The notes: a model not told the origin generated them from the sequence alone. A stretch of DNA of 64,000 nucleotides from Bacilli bacterium (GCA_017477255.1 JAFUXB010000002.1:93996-157995), one strand, 5' to 3'. Counted from the stretch's first letter, positions 17,097-28,668 are shown. A program made the numbers and translations.

Positions 17097-18134
17097 ATGG
17101 GACGTGTTAATACTAAGAAAATAAACATAGGAAATATTACTATTGGTGGAGAAAATAAGGTTTTAATCCAATCAATGTGTAATATAAAAACAAGCAATAT
17201 TAACGATGTTATCAAACAAATTAATGATTGCACTTTTTATGATGCTTCTTTAATGCGTGTTAGTGTTTTAGATTTTGAAGATGCTAAAGCAATTAAAGAA
17301 ATTGTTAAAAATATTAAAATTCCTTTAGTTGCTGATATTCATTTTAATTACAAATTAGCAATTGAAGCTATTAAAAACGGGGCTAAAAAAATTAGAATTA
17401 ATCCTGGAAATTTAACAAATTTAGACGAATTAAAAGAAATTATTAAATGTGCTAAAGAATATAAAGTTGCAATTCGAATTGGAATTAATTCTGGTTCTTT
17501 AAATAAAAAATATGTTGGTAACGATGAACCTGAGTATTTAAACTTAGTAAATTCGGCACTAGATTACATTAAAATCTTTGAAGAAAACGAATTCTTTGAT
17601 ATTGTAGTCAGTTTAAAAAGTTCTAATCCAATCGAAACTTTTAAAGCTTATACATATTTTGATTCAATATCAAACTACCCACTTCATATTGGTGTAACTG
17701 AATCTGGATTTGATGAGGTCGGAATTATTAGAAGCGTTTCAGCTTTATCACCACTTTTACTTAATGGAATCGGTGATACTATAAGAATTTCTTTAAGTGG
17801 AGATCCTATTAAGGAAGTTATAACTTGTAAAAGACTTTTACATGATTTAGGACTTTATCCAAATTATCCTACTATAATTTGTTGTCCTACTTGTGGAAGA
17901 TGCCAAGTTGATGTTAAACCTTTAGCTAAAAAAATACTTGATTACATGGAGCAAAATAACATTTATAAGACAGTTGCTGTAATGGGCTGTGTTGTAAATG
18001 GAATTGGTGAAGGGAAAAATGCTGATATTGGATTAGCTGGTGGAAACGGCTTCTTCATTTTATTTAAAAATGGTCAAGAAATAAAAAAAGTCTCACAAGA
18101 GGAGGCTTTTGATGAATTAATTAAATATCTTTAA
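17097..18134 (+). CDS. ispG: 4-hydroxy-3-methylbut-2-en-1-yl diphosphate synthase (MEP pathway)
   Basis: A 345-aa ORF with GcpE patterns (IGGENKVLIQSM, RINPGN, CPTCGR). TATAAT lies 7 nt before the ATG and there is no Shine-Dalgarno. Confidence 0.9.
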   Translation: MGRVNTKKINIGNITIGGENKVLIQSMCNIKTSNINDVIKQINDCTFYDASLMRVSVLDFEDAKAIKEIVKNIKIPLVADIHFNYKLAIEAIKNGAKKIRINPGNLTNLDELKEIIKCAKEYKVAIRIGINSGSLNKKYVGNDEPEYLNLVNSALDYIKIFEENEFFDIVVSLKSSNPIETFKAYTYFDSISNYPLHIGVTESGFDEVGIIRSVSALSPLLLNGIGDTIRISLSGDPIKEVITCKRLLHDLGLYPNYPTIICCPTCGRCQVDVKPLAKKILDYMEQNNIYKTVAVMGCVVNGIGEGKNADIGLAGGNGFFILFKNGQEIKKVSQEEAFDELIKYL

Positions 18135-19000
18135 CTTTTAAGAAGTAATTCAATTTCTTCTTTATAAGGTGGTTTTGAGTCAATGTAAGGAGTTTCTAAA
18201 ATCTTAGGAACTTCTTTTAATTTTGGATGGAAAATATATTTTTGAAGAGTCTTTAAACCAATAGTTCCTTTTCCAATATTTGCGTGTCTATCTTTATGAG
18301 CTCCAATTGGATTTTGACTATCATTAATATGTAAGACTTTAAGTTTTTCAAGACCTATAATTTTATCAAAATCATTTAAAATTGTTTCGATATCATCTAC
18401 ATTATAACCAGCATCATTAATATGACAAGTATCAAGACAAACACATATTCTTTCTGATTTTTTAACATGTGAAATTATATATGCAAGTTCTTCAAAAGTT
18501 CGACCAACTTCTCCACCCTTACCTGCCATTGTTTCAAGACAAATTAAAACATTGGAATCATCATCTTCTAAGACTAGATCTAAGCCTTCAACTACTCTTT
18601 TGCACCCAATTTCACTTCCAAGTCCTAAATGACTTCCTGGATGTAAAACTAATAATTTAAATCCTAACTCTGAAACTCTTTTAATTTCTTGCCTTAAAAA
18701 TGAGACTGCAAAATCAAATTTAGAGCTATCCACTGTATTAGCTAAATTTATTATATAAGGTGCGTGAACAACAATTTTATCAGAATTTATCGAATATTTT
18801 TTAAATAATTCTTTAGTTTCTTTAATCTTAAATCTACTTACAGGAATCCTTATTGTATTTTGTGGAGCTCCTGTATAAAACATAAAAGTGTTTGCACCAA
18901 AAGATAAAGCTTCTTTTGTTGCAGATAATAAATAATCTGGAGCGTTTAAGCTTACATGACTTCCAATATAAATATTGTTAATTGCTTCTTTGTTTTCCAT
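18131..19000 (-). CDS. nfo: endonuclease IV
   Basis: A 289-aa TIM-barrel AP endonuclease (HAPYIINL, LHPGS, CLDTCH, HINDS). Confidence 0.9.
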   Translation of the reverse strand: MENKEAINNIYIGSHVSLNAPDYLLSATKEALSFGANTFMFYTGAPQNTIRIPVSRFKIKETKELFKKYSINSDKIVVHAPYIINLANTVDSSKFDFAVSFLRQEIKRVSELGFKLLVLHPGSHLGLGSEIGCKRVVEGLDLVLEDDDSNVLICLETMAGKGGEVGRTFEELAYIISHVKKSERICVCLDTCHINDAGYNVDDIETILNDFDKIIGLEKLKVLHINDSQNPIGAHKDRHANIGKGTIGLKTLQKYIFHPKLKEVPKILETPYIDSKPPYKEEIELLLKS

Positions 19001-20285
19001 TTAATCTATAATGTCTAGTTTTTACTCTTTCAATTTCTTTTTTAACTTTCTTTTTATAGCCAGGTTTTACTTTATCTGATTTTGTTCTAGCTATTGCTTT
19101 TTTAATGTCTGTGTCTAATTTTGTATTAACTTTTTGAGATTTTCTTTCTTGTTTTAAAATTGGTTTATCTTCGATGAAATCGCCATTATTATATTTTAAG
19201 AATTTTGGTTTTAATCCATTTTCGATTAATTTTAAAACTAAATCTGTATGATCTAAATCATAAAAAACATATGAATTACCATCTTTAAAAATACGACCAG
19301 TTCTACCTGCTCTATGGTAATAATATTCAAGGTTTGTTGGGAGTTCTACGCTTAAAACATCGGTTACATCCAATAAATCTAGACCACGGCTAGCTATATC
19401 AGAACAAATAATGTATTGGAATTCATTGTTATTGATTCTTTTAAGCATTGCTTTTCTTTCTCTTGGTTGAAGATCACCTGAAATAATTCCGCATTTATAA
19501 CCAATTGAAGAAAGGTAATTATAGATTTCTTTAACTTTTACATTACTATTAGCAAAAATCATTAATAAATAAGGATTTTTAACTTTAATAAAATCTACGA
19601 TTAAATCGTTTATATTTCGATGTTTTGTGTTAACAAAATAGTGAGAAACTGTTTCTGAAGTTTGATTATTCTCTGATAAAGATAAAACGTAATCAGGTGA
19701 AATATATTTTCTTAAAAATACTTCAACTTGTTTTGAAATTGTTGCAGAAAATACTTCAATTTGTGGTGTATTAATCTTCGATATAATCGAATCAATTTCA
19801 TCAAGGAAAGTTTTATCAATAAGCATATCTGCTTCATCCAAAACAATAGTTTTTAATGATGAAAAATCGATTTGTAAAGTTTCAATTAAATATTTGAGTC
19901 TTCCGGGTGTAGCAATAATAATTTCACAGCCATTTTCCATCTTCTTTTTACTTCTAGAAGTATCAATGCCACTTGTAAAAAGTTTAGCTTCTAAATTTGG
20001 AAAATACTTTTTGAATTGAATAGTAAAATTGTAAGTTTGTTGTGCTAATTCTCTAGTTGGACTAATGATGATTGCTTGTAAGTTTTTATTAAACTCAAGG
20101 TTATTAATAATAGGTATCAAAAATGAATGAGTTTTGCCTGTTCCAGTCGCACTTTTAACGATAATATTTTCGTTTTTTAATGCTTTTGGAATGACAATTT
20201 CTTGAACTTTTGTAGCCTCAAAATATCCTAGATTATTTAAGGCTTCAATGACTTCTTTTTTAAGGTTAAATGCTGTAAAATTCAT
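18978..20285 (-). CDS. DEAD-box ATP-dependent RNA helicase (CshB/YqfR-like)
   Basis: Motifs are ATGTGKT, DEAD, SAT and HRAGRTGR. The gene is adjacent to nfo, as in Bacillus. Confidence 0.85.
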   Translation of the reverse strand: MNFTAFNLKKEVIEALNNLGYFEATKVQEIVIPKALKNENIIVKSATGTGKTHSFLIPIINNLEFNKNLQAIIISPTRELAQQTYNFTIQFKKYFPNLEAKLFTSGIDTSRSKKKMENGCEIIIATPGRLKYLIETLQIDFSSLKTIVLDEADMLIDKTFLDEIDSIISKINTPQIEVFSATISKQVEVFLRKYISPDYVLSLSENNQTSETVSHYFVNTKHRNINDLIVDFIKVKNPYLLMIFANSNVKVKEIYNYLSSIGYKCGIISGDLQPRERKAMLKRINNNEFQYIICSDIASRGLDLLDVTDVLSVELPTNLEYYYHRAGRTGRIFKDGNSYVFYDLDHTDLVLKLIENGLKPKFLKYNNGDFIEDKPILKQERKSQKVNTKLDTDIKKAIARTKSDKVKPGYKKKVKKEIERVKTRHYRLNGKQRSN

Positions 20286-20305
20286 TTTTAATTTCCACCG
20301 TTTAT

Positions 20306-20333
20306 ATACTAATAATATACTAAAAATCTACTA
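20306..20333 (-). repeat. phased TAGTA-hexamer array B (3 units)
   Basis: The + strand units ATACTA, ATACTA and CTACTA start at 20306, 20317 and 20328. The - strand reads TAGTAG-N5-TAGTAT-N5-TAGTAT. The first unit contains the nif3 TAG stop. The array shares the exact 16-mer TAGTATATTATTAGTA with array A. Confidence 0.85.
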
Positions 20334-21113
20334 ATTAATAACTTTAGGCAATTTTTCATGATCTACTTTAATAATTTGTAATTTTGGACAAATTTCTAGT
20401 AATTTTGCCTCCATTGCATGAATAAAAATCTTCTCAATTTCATGTGGCATATCTAAATAATTACACTTATAAGATACTACACCTCTTCTGCCATGATGAG
20501 GCATATCTCCACTAATATAAATGTCATAATTTTCGTCTTGAGCATCACGATAATGACCCCATCCTCCACCACCAACTATGGCTACTGATTTGACATTTTT
20601 CTTGCCATAATTAAGTAATAATGAATAATCAACTTCTAATTGTTTATTGGCGTATTTAGCAAACTCTTCACAAGTCATTTCTTTTTCTAAATAGCCACCT
20701 CTAGCCATTGGAACTTTTTCTAATGGTTTAATATCTTTTAAATTGAGTCTTTTAGCTAAAGCATCATTCATTCCATCTTTTCCTTCATCAAAATTTGTGT
20801 GGAATGAATAAATAGGAATGTTTTTTGCATCTATTTTATTGCATAGTGCTTCTTTATTTTGATCGTATTTAAATACTCTAGCTTTTGTACCATAAATAAA
20901 TGGATGATGAGTCATAATTAAGTCGATTTTATCGAATAAATTATTCTTTTCCATATAATTATAAACTTCTTCATCAAAATCTAAACACAAAAGAATTCTG
21001 GATGTATCTTCTTTTAAAACACCAGTCATATGACCTACATGATCATGATATTTTTTAGCTATTCTTTTAGGGTAATAATTAGCTAATGCTCTTAATAATT
21101 TCTTTGTGTTCAT
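20331..21113 (-). CDS. Nif3-family dinuclear metal centre protein (YqfO-like)
   Basis: A 260-aa ORF with an HHP motif, located downstream of trmK as in Bacillus. Confidence 0.8.
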   Translation of the reverse strand: MNTKKLLRALANYYPKRIAKKYHDHVGHMTGVLKEDTSRILLCLDFDEEVYNYMEKNNLFDKIDLIMTHHPFIYGTKARVFKYDQNKEALCNKIDAKNIPIYSFHTNFDEGKDGMNDALAKRLNLKDIKPLEKVPMARGGYLEKEMTCEEFAKYANKQLEVDYSLLLNYGKKNVKSVAIVGGGGWGHYRDAQDENYDIYISGDMPHHGRRGVVSYKCNYLDMPHEIEKIFIHAMEAKLLEICPKLQIIKVDHEKLPKVIN

Positions 21114-21763
21114 ATATTTCTCTTAATAAGTTCTAGTTCTTCATTAATTTCTTTTCTTCTTTCTTCATTAATATTTTCAATTTTTAATAAAGATTCAAGT
21201 TTTTTAATTTCATTTTCATAATGAAGTTTATAATCATCATTTTTTTCTTTTCTAAGTAAAGGCCCAAATTTTAAATCTTCTTGAGATAATTTGGTTGAAT
21301 TATCTTTTTTAAATTTAATAATTTCGTAAAAAATACTCTTCTCAATAATACATTTTTCATCAATTATTGAATAATTTAATTCATTAAGAAATGCTCTTAA
21401 TTCATGAGTTAAAGTATGTGAATCAATAATAAATTCTTCGATATAATCGAGTTTATCTTTGGAATCGAGTAGAATATTTTTTATTGTTTCAAAACCCATT
21501 CCAGCAATAATTACTGTTTTAAATTCTGAAGGAACTTGTGTTAAACCATCACTTAAACTAGTAATGATATTTCCATGAGATAAACAGTTAGCTACTAATG
21601 TTGTGTATGGACCTATTTTGTTTTCAACAGCAAAGCATTTGGAAGCTATATTTCTATCGATTAACTCTATAGAAACATAGCCATGATCACTTCCAATATC
21701 AGCGACAAGTGAACCCTTGTCGACCATATTAATAATTGTTTCCAAACGATTGCTTAATTTCAT
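21110..21763 (-). CDS. trmK: tRNA (adenine22-N1)-methyltransferase
   Basis: It carries the DIGSDHGY motif and sits in the yqfN position after sigA. Its TGA stop forms an ATGA overlap with the nif3 start. Confidence 0.8.
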   Translation of the reverse strand: MKLSNRLETIINMVDKGSLVADIGSDHGYVSIELIDRNIASKCFAVENKIGPYTTLVANCLSHGNIITSLSDGLTQVPSEFKTVIIAGMGFETIKNILLDSKDKLDYIEEFIIDSHTLTHELRAFLNELNYSIIDEKCIIEKSIFYEIIKFKKDNSTKLSQEDLKFGPLLRKEKNDDYKLHYENEIKKLESLLKIENINEERRKEINEELELIKRNI

Positions 21764-21765
21764 TT

Positions 21766-22995
21766 TTAATTGTAATGATTGTCATCAAGTTTATTCTTTC
21801 TTGATGGATGTCTTAATTTTCTAATTGCTTTTGCTTCAATTTGACGAATTCTTTCACGAGTAACGCCAAATTCTTTACCAACTTCTTCAAGAGTTCTTGG
21901 TCTATTATCATCTAAACCATATCTTAATCTAAGGACTCTTTCTTCTCTATCAGTTAAATCGCTCATAACTTCATATAAAACTTCAGTTACGCCGATTTCT
22001 GAAGCATAATCTGTTGGAGAAAGTTCGGTGGTATCGCGTAAAAATTCAATTAATCTTGTGTCTTCATCTTCACCAATTGGAGTTTCAGCTGAAATTGGTT
22101 CAAGAGCGATAAGTTGAATTTCTCTAATCTTGTCTGGTGTTAAACTTCCACCCATTTCTTCACTAATTTCTTCTGGAGTTGGATCTCTTCCAAGTTTTTG
22201 AACGAGATATCTTTGAACTCTAGTAATTTTATTAATTGTTTCGACCATATGGACTGGAATACGAATTGTTCTGGCTTGGTCTGCAATTGCTCTAGTAATT
22301 GATTGACGGATCCACCATGTTGCATAAGTTGAGAACTTATAGTTCTTAGTATAGTCGAATTTATCGACAGCTTTCATTAATCCAAGGTTTCCTTCTTCGA
22401 TTAAATCTAAGAATTGCATACCACGTCCTAAATAGTGTTTTGCAATAGAAACAACAAGTCTTAAGTTAGCTGTAATTAATTTATCTTTAGCAGCTTTATC
22501 ACCTTCTAAAATACGTTTAGCAAGTTCTTGTTCTTCACTACCTTTTAATAATGGAACTTTACCCATATCTTTGAAATATTGTTTGACGCTATCGTTGATT
22601 TTTGTGTCAGAAGTTTCCATTGTAAATCTATCAATATCGATATTTGCATCGGCTTCTTCCTCTTCAGAAACTTCGTTATAATCATCATCATCAATATCAA
22701 CAACGCCTTTTTCCATATCGGCTTCATCAAATTCTAAGTCGTCTAAGTCTTCATCACCATCATCAAGTGAAGTAATTTCATAGCCAATATCTTTAAAATG
22801 ATCAATAACTTTTTGGTAATCGTCATCAGTTAAATCTAAATAGCTTGTAGCGTCAAAAAATTCGTCTTGATCAAAAGTTTTTGTCTTTTTTCCACTTTTT
22901 TCAAATTGAGCGATGATATCATCAAGTGTTTTAATATCATCACCTTCGTCAAGAATTGCATCCTCGACTTTTTCACTAGTCTTTTTTCTTCCCAT
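21766..22995 (-). CDS. sigA: RNA polymerase primary sigma factor
   Basis: An acidic N-terminal region is followed by regions 2-4 ([47 protein letters not shown]). The ribosome-binding site is GGGAGG. Confidence 0.95.
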   Translation of the reverse strand: MGRKKTSEKVEDAILDEGDDIKTLDDIIAQFEKSGKKTKTFDQDEFFDATSYLDLTDDDYQKVIDHFKDIGYEITSLDDGDEDLDDLEFDEADMEKGVVDIDDDDYNEVSEEEEADANIDIDRFTMETSDTKINDSVKQYFKDMGKVPLLKGSEEQELAKRILEGDKAAKDKLITANLRLVVSIAKHYLGRGMQFLDLIEEGNLGLMKAVDKFDYTKNYKFSTYATWWIRQSITRAIADQARTIRIPVHMVETINKITRVQRYLVQKLGRDPTPEEISEEMGGSLTPDKIREIQLIALEPISAETPIGEDEDTRLIEFLRDTTELSPTDYASEIGVTEVLYEVMSDLTDREERVLRLRYGLDDNRPRTLEEVGKEFGVTRERIRQIEAKAIRKLRHPSRKNKLDDNHYN

Positions 22996-24820
22996 AATTA
23001 CCTCCCAAGTTATTATTCTTCCTTTTATTTCTTGTTGATTCGTATAACTTAGCTCTAGTTATTGGATCTTGGTCTTTTGCATTTTGTAAGACCTGTTTAT
23101 CTCTAACTTTAGCTCTTTCATCTTTTAAAGATTCAATCGTAATTTCTAGTTCTTCTTTACTATAAGGAACTGTACGATCATTTTCATCTAATGCAATCTC
23201 AGCAATATTGTTTGAGATGGAATCTGAATTTTCAATATTGTTCGAAGATACATAAGATAATACTTCACTATATTCAATTTTTTGATTTTCAATATTAAGT
23301 GAATCTAAATATTGAATTAATAAACTAGCAATTTCTCTATATTTTAAATCAGGCAAATAAACGTTATTTTCACTAACAAACTTAATTGCCTCACTATTCA
23401 CTAGCATGTATTTGATAATTTTTCTTTCAAGAGCTTCAACTTTGTTAGTTTTAGTCGCTTCTTTAGTAAAATTATCAAGCCATTCATCATCATCAACTTG
23501 TGATTTTCTTTTTCTTTCAATAGCTTCGACTAATAAATTTTTATCAAATCCAGTAAGTCTAACTAATTTATTGATGTAATCGTTTCTATCAAATGATGAA
23601 TTTAATGATGCGATGTATGAACTCATTTCTGAGACAAGTTTTTTCTTTCCATTTAGTGAGTCTAAATTAACTCTTTTTGAATGGAAATTAATTAACCATT
23701 CACCGCTATCAATTAAGTTATTAGCATATTTCAATAATGCGTCAGCACCATAAGAAGTTAAGATTTCATCGCAATCTTTTTCTTTAAATGTGACATTATT
23801 ATTAACTAAGCTATATTTAATTCCTGCTGCATTTAACTTAGGAATTATTGATTTCATTGTATTTTCTTGTCCTGGGTTATCTAAATCTAGGCAAACTCTA
23901 ACTTCACAGTTAAGTGATCTAAGTTCTTTTACGTGATCATTAGTCATTGCTGTACCCATTAAAGCTACAGCTGATTTAATTCCAACCCTATATAAGGCAA
24001 TAACATCCATGAAACCTTCAAGAAGATAAATATAGCCAGTTTGTTTAGCTTCTTTTGCTGCATTATTAAGGTTATAAAGTATTTTTCCTTTATCAAATAC
24101 TTCAGTAGATTCGGTATTAATATATTTTGCTGTGTCATCATTTTTAATTCTTCTAGCACTAAATCCGACTACACGGCCAATTTTATCAAATAATGGGAAG
24201 ATAACTCTTCCTGCATTATTATCACGAATTGTCATGTTAACTGTATTGATTCTACCAATACCTGTTCTTTCAATTGTTTTGATAGCAATGTTTTTTGATT
24301 TTAAATAATTAATAATATTTAAGCCATCATCCATTGAGTAACCAATACCAAAATATTTGATTACATCGTCATTTAATCCTCTGTTATAAAGATAGTTGAG
24401 ACCTTCTTTACCATAATCTTTTCCTTGATATAAACTTGCTTTATAGAAACTCTGAATATTTTCTAAGCAAGAATAAACTGGATCAAGAATTGGGTTTGTA
24501 GTTTTCTTGTGTTCTAATTCTTTTAATTGTGGAATATCAATACCACAAATATCACAAACTACTTTTGCAGCCTCAATTCGAGGAATTTTATCATATAATT
24601 CAATAAATCTAATTGCGTCTCCACCTGTATGACATGAAAAGCAATTAAAAATTTTCTTTTCAGAACTTATATGCATTGATGGACTGTGATCATCATGAAA
24701 AGGACATACTGAAACGAAGTCTCTTCCTTTTTTTGATACTTGAATTCTGGAACGGACTACATCAACTATATCTGCTTGTTGAACGATTGCATCGTATATT
24801 TCTTTTCTATCAACTGCCAT
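22976..24820 (-). CDS. dnaG: DNA primase
   Basis: It has a zinc finger ([10 protein letters not shown]...CFSC) and a TOPRIM domain (EGFMDV). It lies upstream of sigA. Confidence 0.9.
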   Translation of the reverse strand: MAVDRKEIYDAIVQQADIVDVVRSRIQVSKKGRDFVSVCPFHDDHSPSMHISSEKKIFNCFSCHTGGDAIRFIELYDKIPRIEAAKVVCDICGIDIPQLKELEHKKTTNPILDPVYSCLENIQSFYKASLYQGKDYGKEGLNYLYNRGLNDDVIKYFGIGYSMDDGLNIINYLKSKNIAIKTIERTGIGRINTVNMTIRDNNAGRVIFPLFDKIGRVVGFSARRIKNDDTAKYINTESTEVFDKGKILYNLNNAAKEAKQTGYIYLLEGFMDVIALYRVGIKSAVALMGTAMTNDHVKELRSLNCEVRVCLDLDNPGQENTMKSIIPKLNAAGIKYSLVNNNVTFKEKDCDEILTSYGADALLKYANNLIDSGEWLINFHSKRVNLDSLNGKKKLVSEMSSYIASLNSSFDRNDYINKLVRLTGFDKNLLVEAIERKRKSQVDDDEWLDNFTKEATKTNKVEALERKIIKYMLVNSEAIKFVSENNVYLPDLKYREIASLLIQYLDSLNIENQKIEYSEVLSYVSSNNIENSDSISNNIAEIALDENDRTVPYSKEELEITIESLKDERAKVRDKQVLQNAKDQDPITRAKLYESTRNKRKNNNLGGNYGKKKD

Positions 24821-26193
24821 TAAAATCTAGTTTTCTCTAATAAATAATTTTTTAATTCTGAAATTTTGATACGTTCTTGTTGCATTGTATCTCTGTCTCT
24901 AACTGTGACTGATTCATCGTTTAATGTATCAAAATCGATAGTAACGCAATAAGGTGTACCAATTTCATCATTTCTACGATAACGTTTACCAATTGAACCT
25001 GTTTCATCGTTTACTACGTTCATAAATGGTATTAAATCTTTATAAACTTCTTGTGCTTTATCGTTTAATTGTTTTGATAAAGGTAAGATTGCTGCCTTAT
25101 ATGGAGCCAAAAATGCAGGTAAATGCATAACTTTTCTAGTTTCTCCATTAGGAAGTTCTTCTTCATCATAAGCATTACAAACTACCATTAAGAATAATCT
25201 TTCAAGACCTAATGATGGTTCAATACAATATGGAATATATTTTTCATTTGTTACTGGGTCTAAATATTCTAAGGATTCGCCGCTAAATTCCATATGACGT
25301 CTTAAATCATAGTCTGTTCTATCTGCGATACCCCAAACTTCACCCCAACCAAATGGGAATTTGTATTCGATATCTGTTGTTGCTTTACTATAAAATGCTA
25401 ATTCTTCTGGTTCATGATCTCTAAATCTGAGATTTTCTTTAGCAATTCCTAATTTTTCTACAAAATTAATGCAGAAATCTTTCCAATATTTAAACCGTTC
25501 TAAATCAGTACCAGGTTTGCAGAAGAATTCGAGTTCCATTTGTTCAAATTCTCTAACTCTGAAGATAAAATTCCCTGGAGTAATCTCATTTCTAAATGAT
25601 TTACCCATATTTGCAATGCCTAATGGTAATTTTCTTCTTGTAGCACGTTGAACATTTTTAAAGTTAACAAATACACCTTGTGCTGTTTCTGGTCTTAAAT
25701 AAACTTCACTTTTGCTATCTTCAGTAACACCAATATGAGTTTTAAACATCATATTGAATTTTCTAATGTCAGTGAAATTTGATTTTCCGCAATTTGGACA
25801 GACTAATTCGTGTTCATGAATAAAATTATTCAAATCATCAACAGTCATAGCGTTTGTATCGACATCTTTATATTGTTCGCCGATTAAATCGTCAGCTCTA
25901 TATCTACTTTTACATGATTTACAATCGATTAATGGATCATTAAATGTAGTAACGTGTCCTGTTGCTTGCCAAACTTTAGAATTCATTAAAATTGCAGCAT
26001 CAATTCCTACATTTGTTGGAGATTCTTGAACAAATTTTCTCCACCATAATTGTTTTAAATTGTTTTTAAGTTCACTACCTAATGGACCATAATCCCATGA
26101 ATTTGAAAGTCCTCCATAGATTTGAGAACCTTGAAAAACATAGCCAGTAGTTTGTAAATGTGTAACTATTTCGTTAAATTCAAATTCTTTCAT
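24820..26193 (-). CDS. glyQS: glycine--tRNA ligase (homodimeric class II type)
   Basis: I place the start at [10 protein letters not shown] (26193), with GAGG 8 nt upstream. This start lies downstream of a consensus promoter, and the ORF-track extension to 26238 would run through that promoter. Confidence 0.9.
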   Translation of the reverse strand: MKEFEFNEIVTHLQTTGYVFQGSQIYGGLSNSWDYGPLGSELKNNLKQLWWRKFVQESPTNVGIDAAILMNSKVWQATGHVTTFNDPLIDCKSCKSRYRADDLIGEQYKDVDTNAMTVDDLNNFIHEHELVCPNCGKSNFTDIRKFNMMFKTHIGVTEDSKSEVYLRPETAQGVFVNFKNVQRATRRKLPLGIANMGKSFRNEITPGNFIFRVREFEQMELEFFCKPGTDLERFKYWKDFCINFVEKLGIAKENLRFRDHEPEELAFYSKATTDIEYKFPFGWGEVWGIADRTDYDLRRHMEFSGESLEYLDPVTNEKYIPYCIEPSLGLERLFLMVVCNAYDEEELPNGETRKVMHLPAFLAPYKAAILPLSKQLNDKAQEVYKDLIPFMNVVNDETGSIGKRYRRNDEIGTPYCVTIDFDTLNDESVTVRDRDTMQQERIKISELKNYLLEKTRF

Positions 26194-26209
26194 AAAAAAA
26201 CCTCGACTA

Positions 26210-26238
26210 ATTATAATTTTATAATAGTATTGTGTCAA
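26210..26238 (-). promoter_or_regulatory. consensus sigma-70 promoter of glyQS
   Basis: The - strand reads TTGACA, a 17-nt spacer, then TATAAT. The -35 box is at 26233-26238 and the -10 box at 26210-26215. Confidence 0.75.
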
Positions 26239-26253
26239 CCCACTATGAGTGTA

Positions 26254-26919
26254 TTAATAATAAAATAATAGTTGTAAACTATTAAGCTTAATATTGAACT
26301 TGTCCATTATGAGCATTGATTCATAATAAAGGACTTTTTGAGCATCAAAATCTGTGATGTATTCGTCATTTAAGAAGAAATTGAGTTCTCTTTCACTAAT
26401 TTCAAGTGAATCATCACTTTTAAATTTGCTAATAACTCCTTCTTTTATATTGATGTAAAACTTGTTTGAATCTGTTTCTTTGACTAACAAATTTATTCCT
26501 AAAAGTTTAGTTAATTTCTTTGTGAAATAACACAAAACTTCAAAAATATTCTTATCGTTTAAATCTATTAATGTGTTTTCTAATAAATCATATAATTCAC
26601 TATAACTATCGATTCCATCGCGTGTTTTATTGATGATTTCTTCGATATAATCTAATGCAATTAAAGAATTATAATTGTTTGAATTCACATATTCTTTTAA
26701 AAATGTTCCATCTTTTAATTTATAACCACCTACTCCACCTTTATAAATTTCATATTTGCAGTTTATAAACTTTTTGGAAAATATAAAATTCTTTGATTTA
26801 AAATCAAAAATAGATCTTCCAAGAATTTCATAAAATCCATTTCTTGTTAGAACATTTAAAATTGCATCTTTTTCTTTATATTTGCTAATTAATATTGTTA
26901 TGCCTTGGATTTCTTCCAT
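26254..26919 (-). CDS. recO: DNA repair protein RecO
   Basis: The 221-aa size and the era-recO-glyQS synteny support the call. Sequence motifs are only weakly recognisable. Confidence 0.7.
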   Translation of the reverse strand: MEEIQGITILISKYKEKDAILNVLTRNGFYEILGRSIFDFKSKNFIFSKKFINCKYEIYKGGVGGYKLKDGTFLKEYVNSNNYNSLIALDYIEEIINKTRDGIDSYSELYDLLENTLIDLNDKNIFEVLCYFTKKLTKLLGINLLVKETDSNKFYINIKEGVISKFKSDDSLEISERELNFFLNDEYITDFDAQKVLYYESMLIMDKFNIKLNSLQLLFYY

Positions 26920-27791
26920 TATTTATATCCAATTTTGGCTAAGAAACTACTTGAATTTCTCCAGTCTTTAATAACTTGAACAGTTAATTCTAAGTTAATG
27001 TGACGACCAATCATTTTCTCAATATCTTTTCTTGCAGCCATTCCGATTTTTTTAATCATTTTGCCGCCTTTTCCAACAACAATTGCTAATTGAGATTCTC
27101 TTTCTATAATAATTTTTCCGAATATATCGATGTTTTTATGAGATAAGTCAATATCATCACATAAAACAGCTACACCATGCGGAACCTCTTCTTTTAAGTT
27201 TAATAATGCTTTTTCTCTAACAATTTCTTGGACTCTAAATCTTAAATCTTTGTTTGTAATTTGAGTTAAATCGTAATATTGAGGTCCTTCATCTAAGTTT
27301 TCTTTTAAAACTTTAATTAATCCATCAATATTAAATGAATCTAAAGCACAAACTTCAACAAAAATTGCATCAGGAAATTGCTCTTTGTATCTTTTCTTTA
27401 AATCTGTAATTAATTCGATGTTTGTTAAATCAATTTTGTTAAAAACAACTACTAATTTACAATCAAATTTTAAATGATCAAACAAATATTGGTCACCATC
27501 TCCAAATTGTTTACTTGAATCAACGATAAAAACAGCAATTTCACTATCTCTAATCGTTCTATAAGCTTTCTTATCTAAAACTTCTCCAAGTTCATTTTTA
27601 GGTTTATGAATTCCTGGAGTATCAATAAAAACAATTTGTGATTCTTCATCGTTATAAATACCATAAATTTCATCTCTAGTGGTTTGAGATTTTGGCGTTA
27701 CAATTGATATTTTTTCACCAATAATTCTATTTAATAAGGTAGATTTTCCAACATTTGGTCTACCAATTAACGATACAAATCCACTCTTCAT
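26919..27791 (-). CDS. era: GTPase Era
   Basis: Motifs are GRPNVGKST, DTPG and NKID, with a C-terminal KH domain. Confidence 0.95.
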   Translation of the reverse strand: MKSGFVSLIGRPNVGKSTLLNRIIGEKISIVTPKSQTTRDEIYGIYNDEESQIVFIDTPGIHKPKNELGEVLDKKAYRTIRDSEIAVFIVDSSKQFGDGDQYLFDHLKFDCKLVVVFNKIDLTNIELITDLKKRYKEQFPDAIFVEVCALDSFNIDGLIKVLKENLDEGPQYYDLTQITNKDLRFRVQEIVREKALLNLKEEVPHGVAVLCDDIDLSHKNIDIFGKIIIERESQLAIVVGKGGKMIKKIGMAARKDIEKMIGRHINLELTVQVIKDWRNSSSFLAKIGYK

Positions 27792-28189
27792 TTTAATGAC
27801 TCACCACCAAAAGAATATGGCAATAATTCTTCAACATTTGTAACCATGATATCGTTTTTTAAATTTGCTAAATAAATGGGTGTATCTCTATTTAAAAGTT
27901 CAGCCATAACTTGTCTACAACTTCCACAAGGTGAAACTGGACCATCTGTATCAGCAATTACTGCTAAAGCTTTGATGTCTTCTTTTTTAACACCATTGCA
28001 ATAAGCGCCAAAAATTGCGTTTCTTTCAGCACATAAACAAAGACCAAATGCAGCATTTTCAATATTTGTACCTAAATAAACTTTTCCATCTTTTGTTAAT
28101 AAAGCTGCACCGACTTTAAATTTCGAATATGGAGAATAACTTCTTTCCATCTCTTTTTTTGCTAATTCTACTAATTCTTCTTTAGTCAT
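27788..28189 (-). CDS. cdd: cytidine deaminase
   Basis: Motifs are CAERNA and PCGSCRQ. I place the start at MTKEEL (28189) behind GGAGGAG. The TGA stop forms an ATGA overlap with the era start. Confidence 0.9.
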   Translation of the reverse strand: MTKEELVELAKKEMERSYSPYSKFKVGAALLTKDGKVYLGTNIENAAFGLCLCAERNAIFGAYCNGVKKEDIKALAVIADTDGPVSPCGSCRQVMAELLNRDTPIYLANLKNDIMVTNVEELLPYSFGGESLK

Positions 28190-28637
28190 TATAATTCTCC
28201 TCCATAATTTTTTCTTGAAGCCCAAACATTACTTTTTCATCTTCTTCATTCATGTGATCATAACCAAGTAAATGTAAAACTCCATGAATAAATAAAAAAC
28301 AAAGTTCTTTCTTTAAATTTGATTTAAATTCTGTAGCATTTTGTTCGGCTACATCGACACAAATATACATTTCACCTAAATCAATTTGATAATCAGATTT
28401 AATATTTTTTTCATTTATATCATCTAAATAAGCAAATGAAATGATATCTGTAGGTCTATCAATAGAACGATATTCTTTATTTAATTTATGTATGAAATCA
28501 ACATCGACAAAAGTTACACTAACTGAGCAATTAGTGCTGAAATTAACTTTTTCTAAAGTCTTTTCTAATAAGTTTTTATAGATTGGATCTAAATAAGCTA
28601 AATCTCTACTTGTTTCGTTATTAATTTCGATGTACAT
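28182..28637 (-). CDS. ybeY: rRNA maturation endoribonuclease YbeY
   Basis: It carries the HGVLHLLGYDH motif. Confidence 0.9.
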   Translation of the reverse strand: MYIEINNETSRDLAYLDPIYKNLLEKTLEKVNFSTNCSVSVTFVDVDFIHKLNKEYRSIDRPTDIISFAYLDDINEKNIKSDYQIDLGEMYICVDVAEQNATEFKSNLKKELCFLFIHGVLHLLGYDHMNEEDEKVMFGLQEKIMEENYND

Positions 28638-28668
28638 GGCTTAATTATAACAAAGTTATAATTTGATT

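Noticed and set aside
26194-26238. ORF-track N-terminal extensions: glyQS to 26238, comEA to 54733, hrcA to 39708, cdd to 28225 and the lipoprotein to 62814.
   Set aside because: The extensions run through a consensus promoter, a hairpin element, a CIRCE operator or the upstream gene. Some begin with TTG. Internal ATGs with proper ribosome-binding sites or promoter geometry give N-termini typical of each family.
28638-28668. The small palindrome TTATAAC-AAA-GTTATAA between ybeY and the C39-like gene.
   Set aside because: It is a 7-bp AT-only stem in a 31-nt spacer. It is plausibly a weak terminator but cannot be distinguished from chance.
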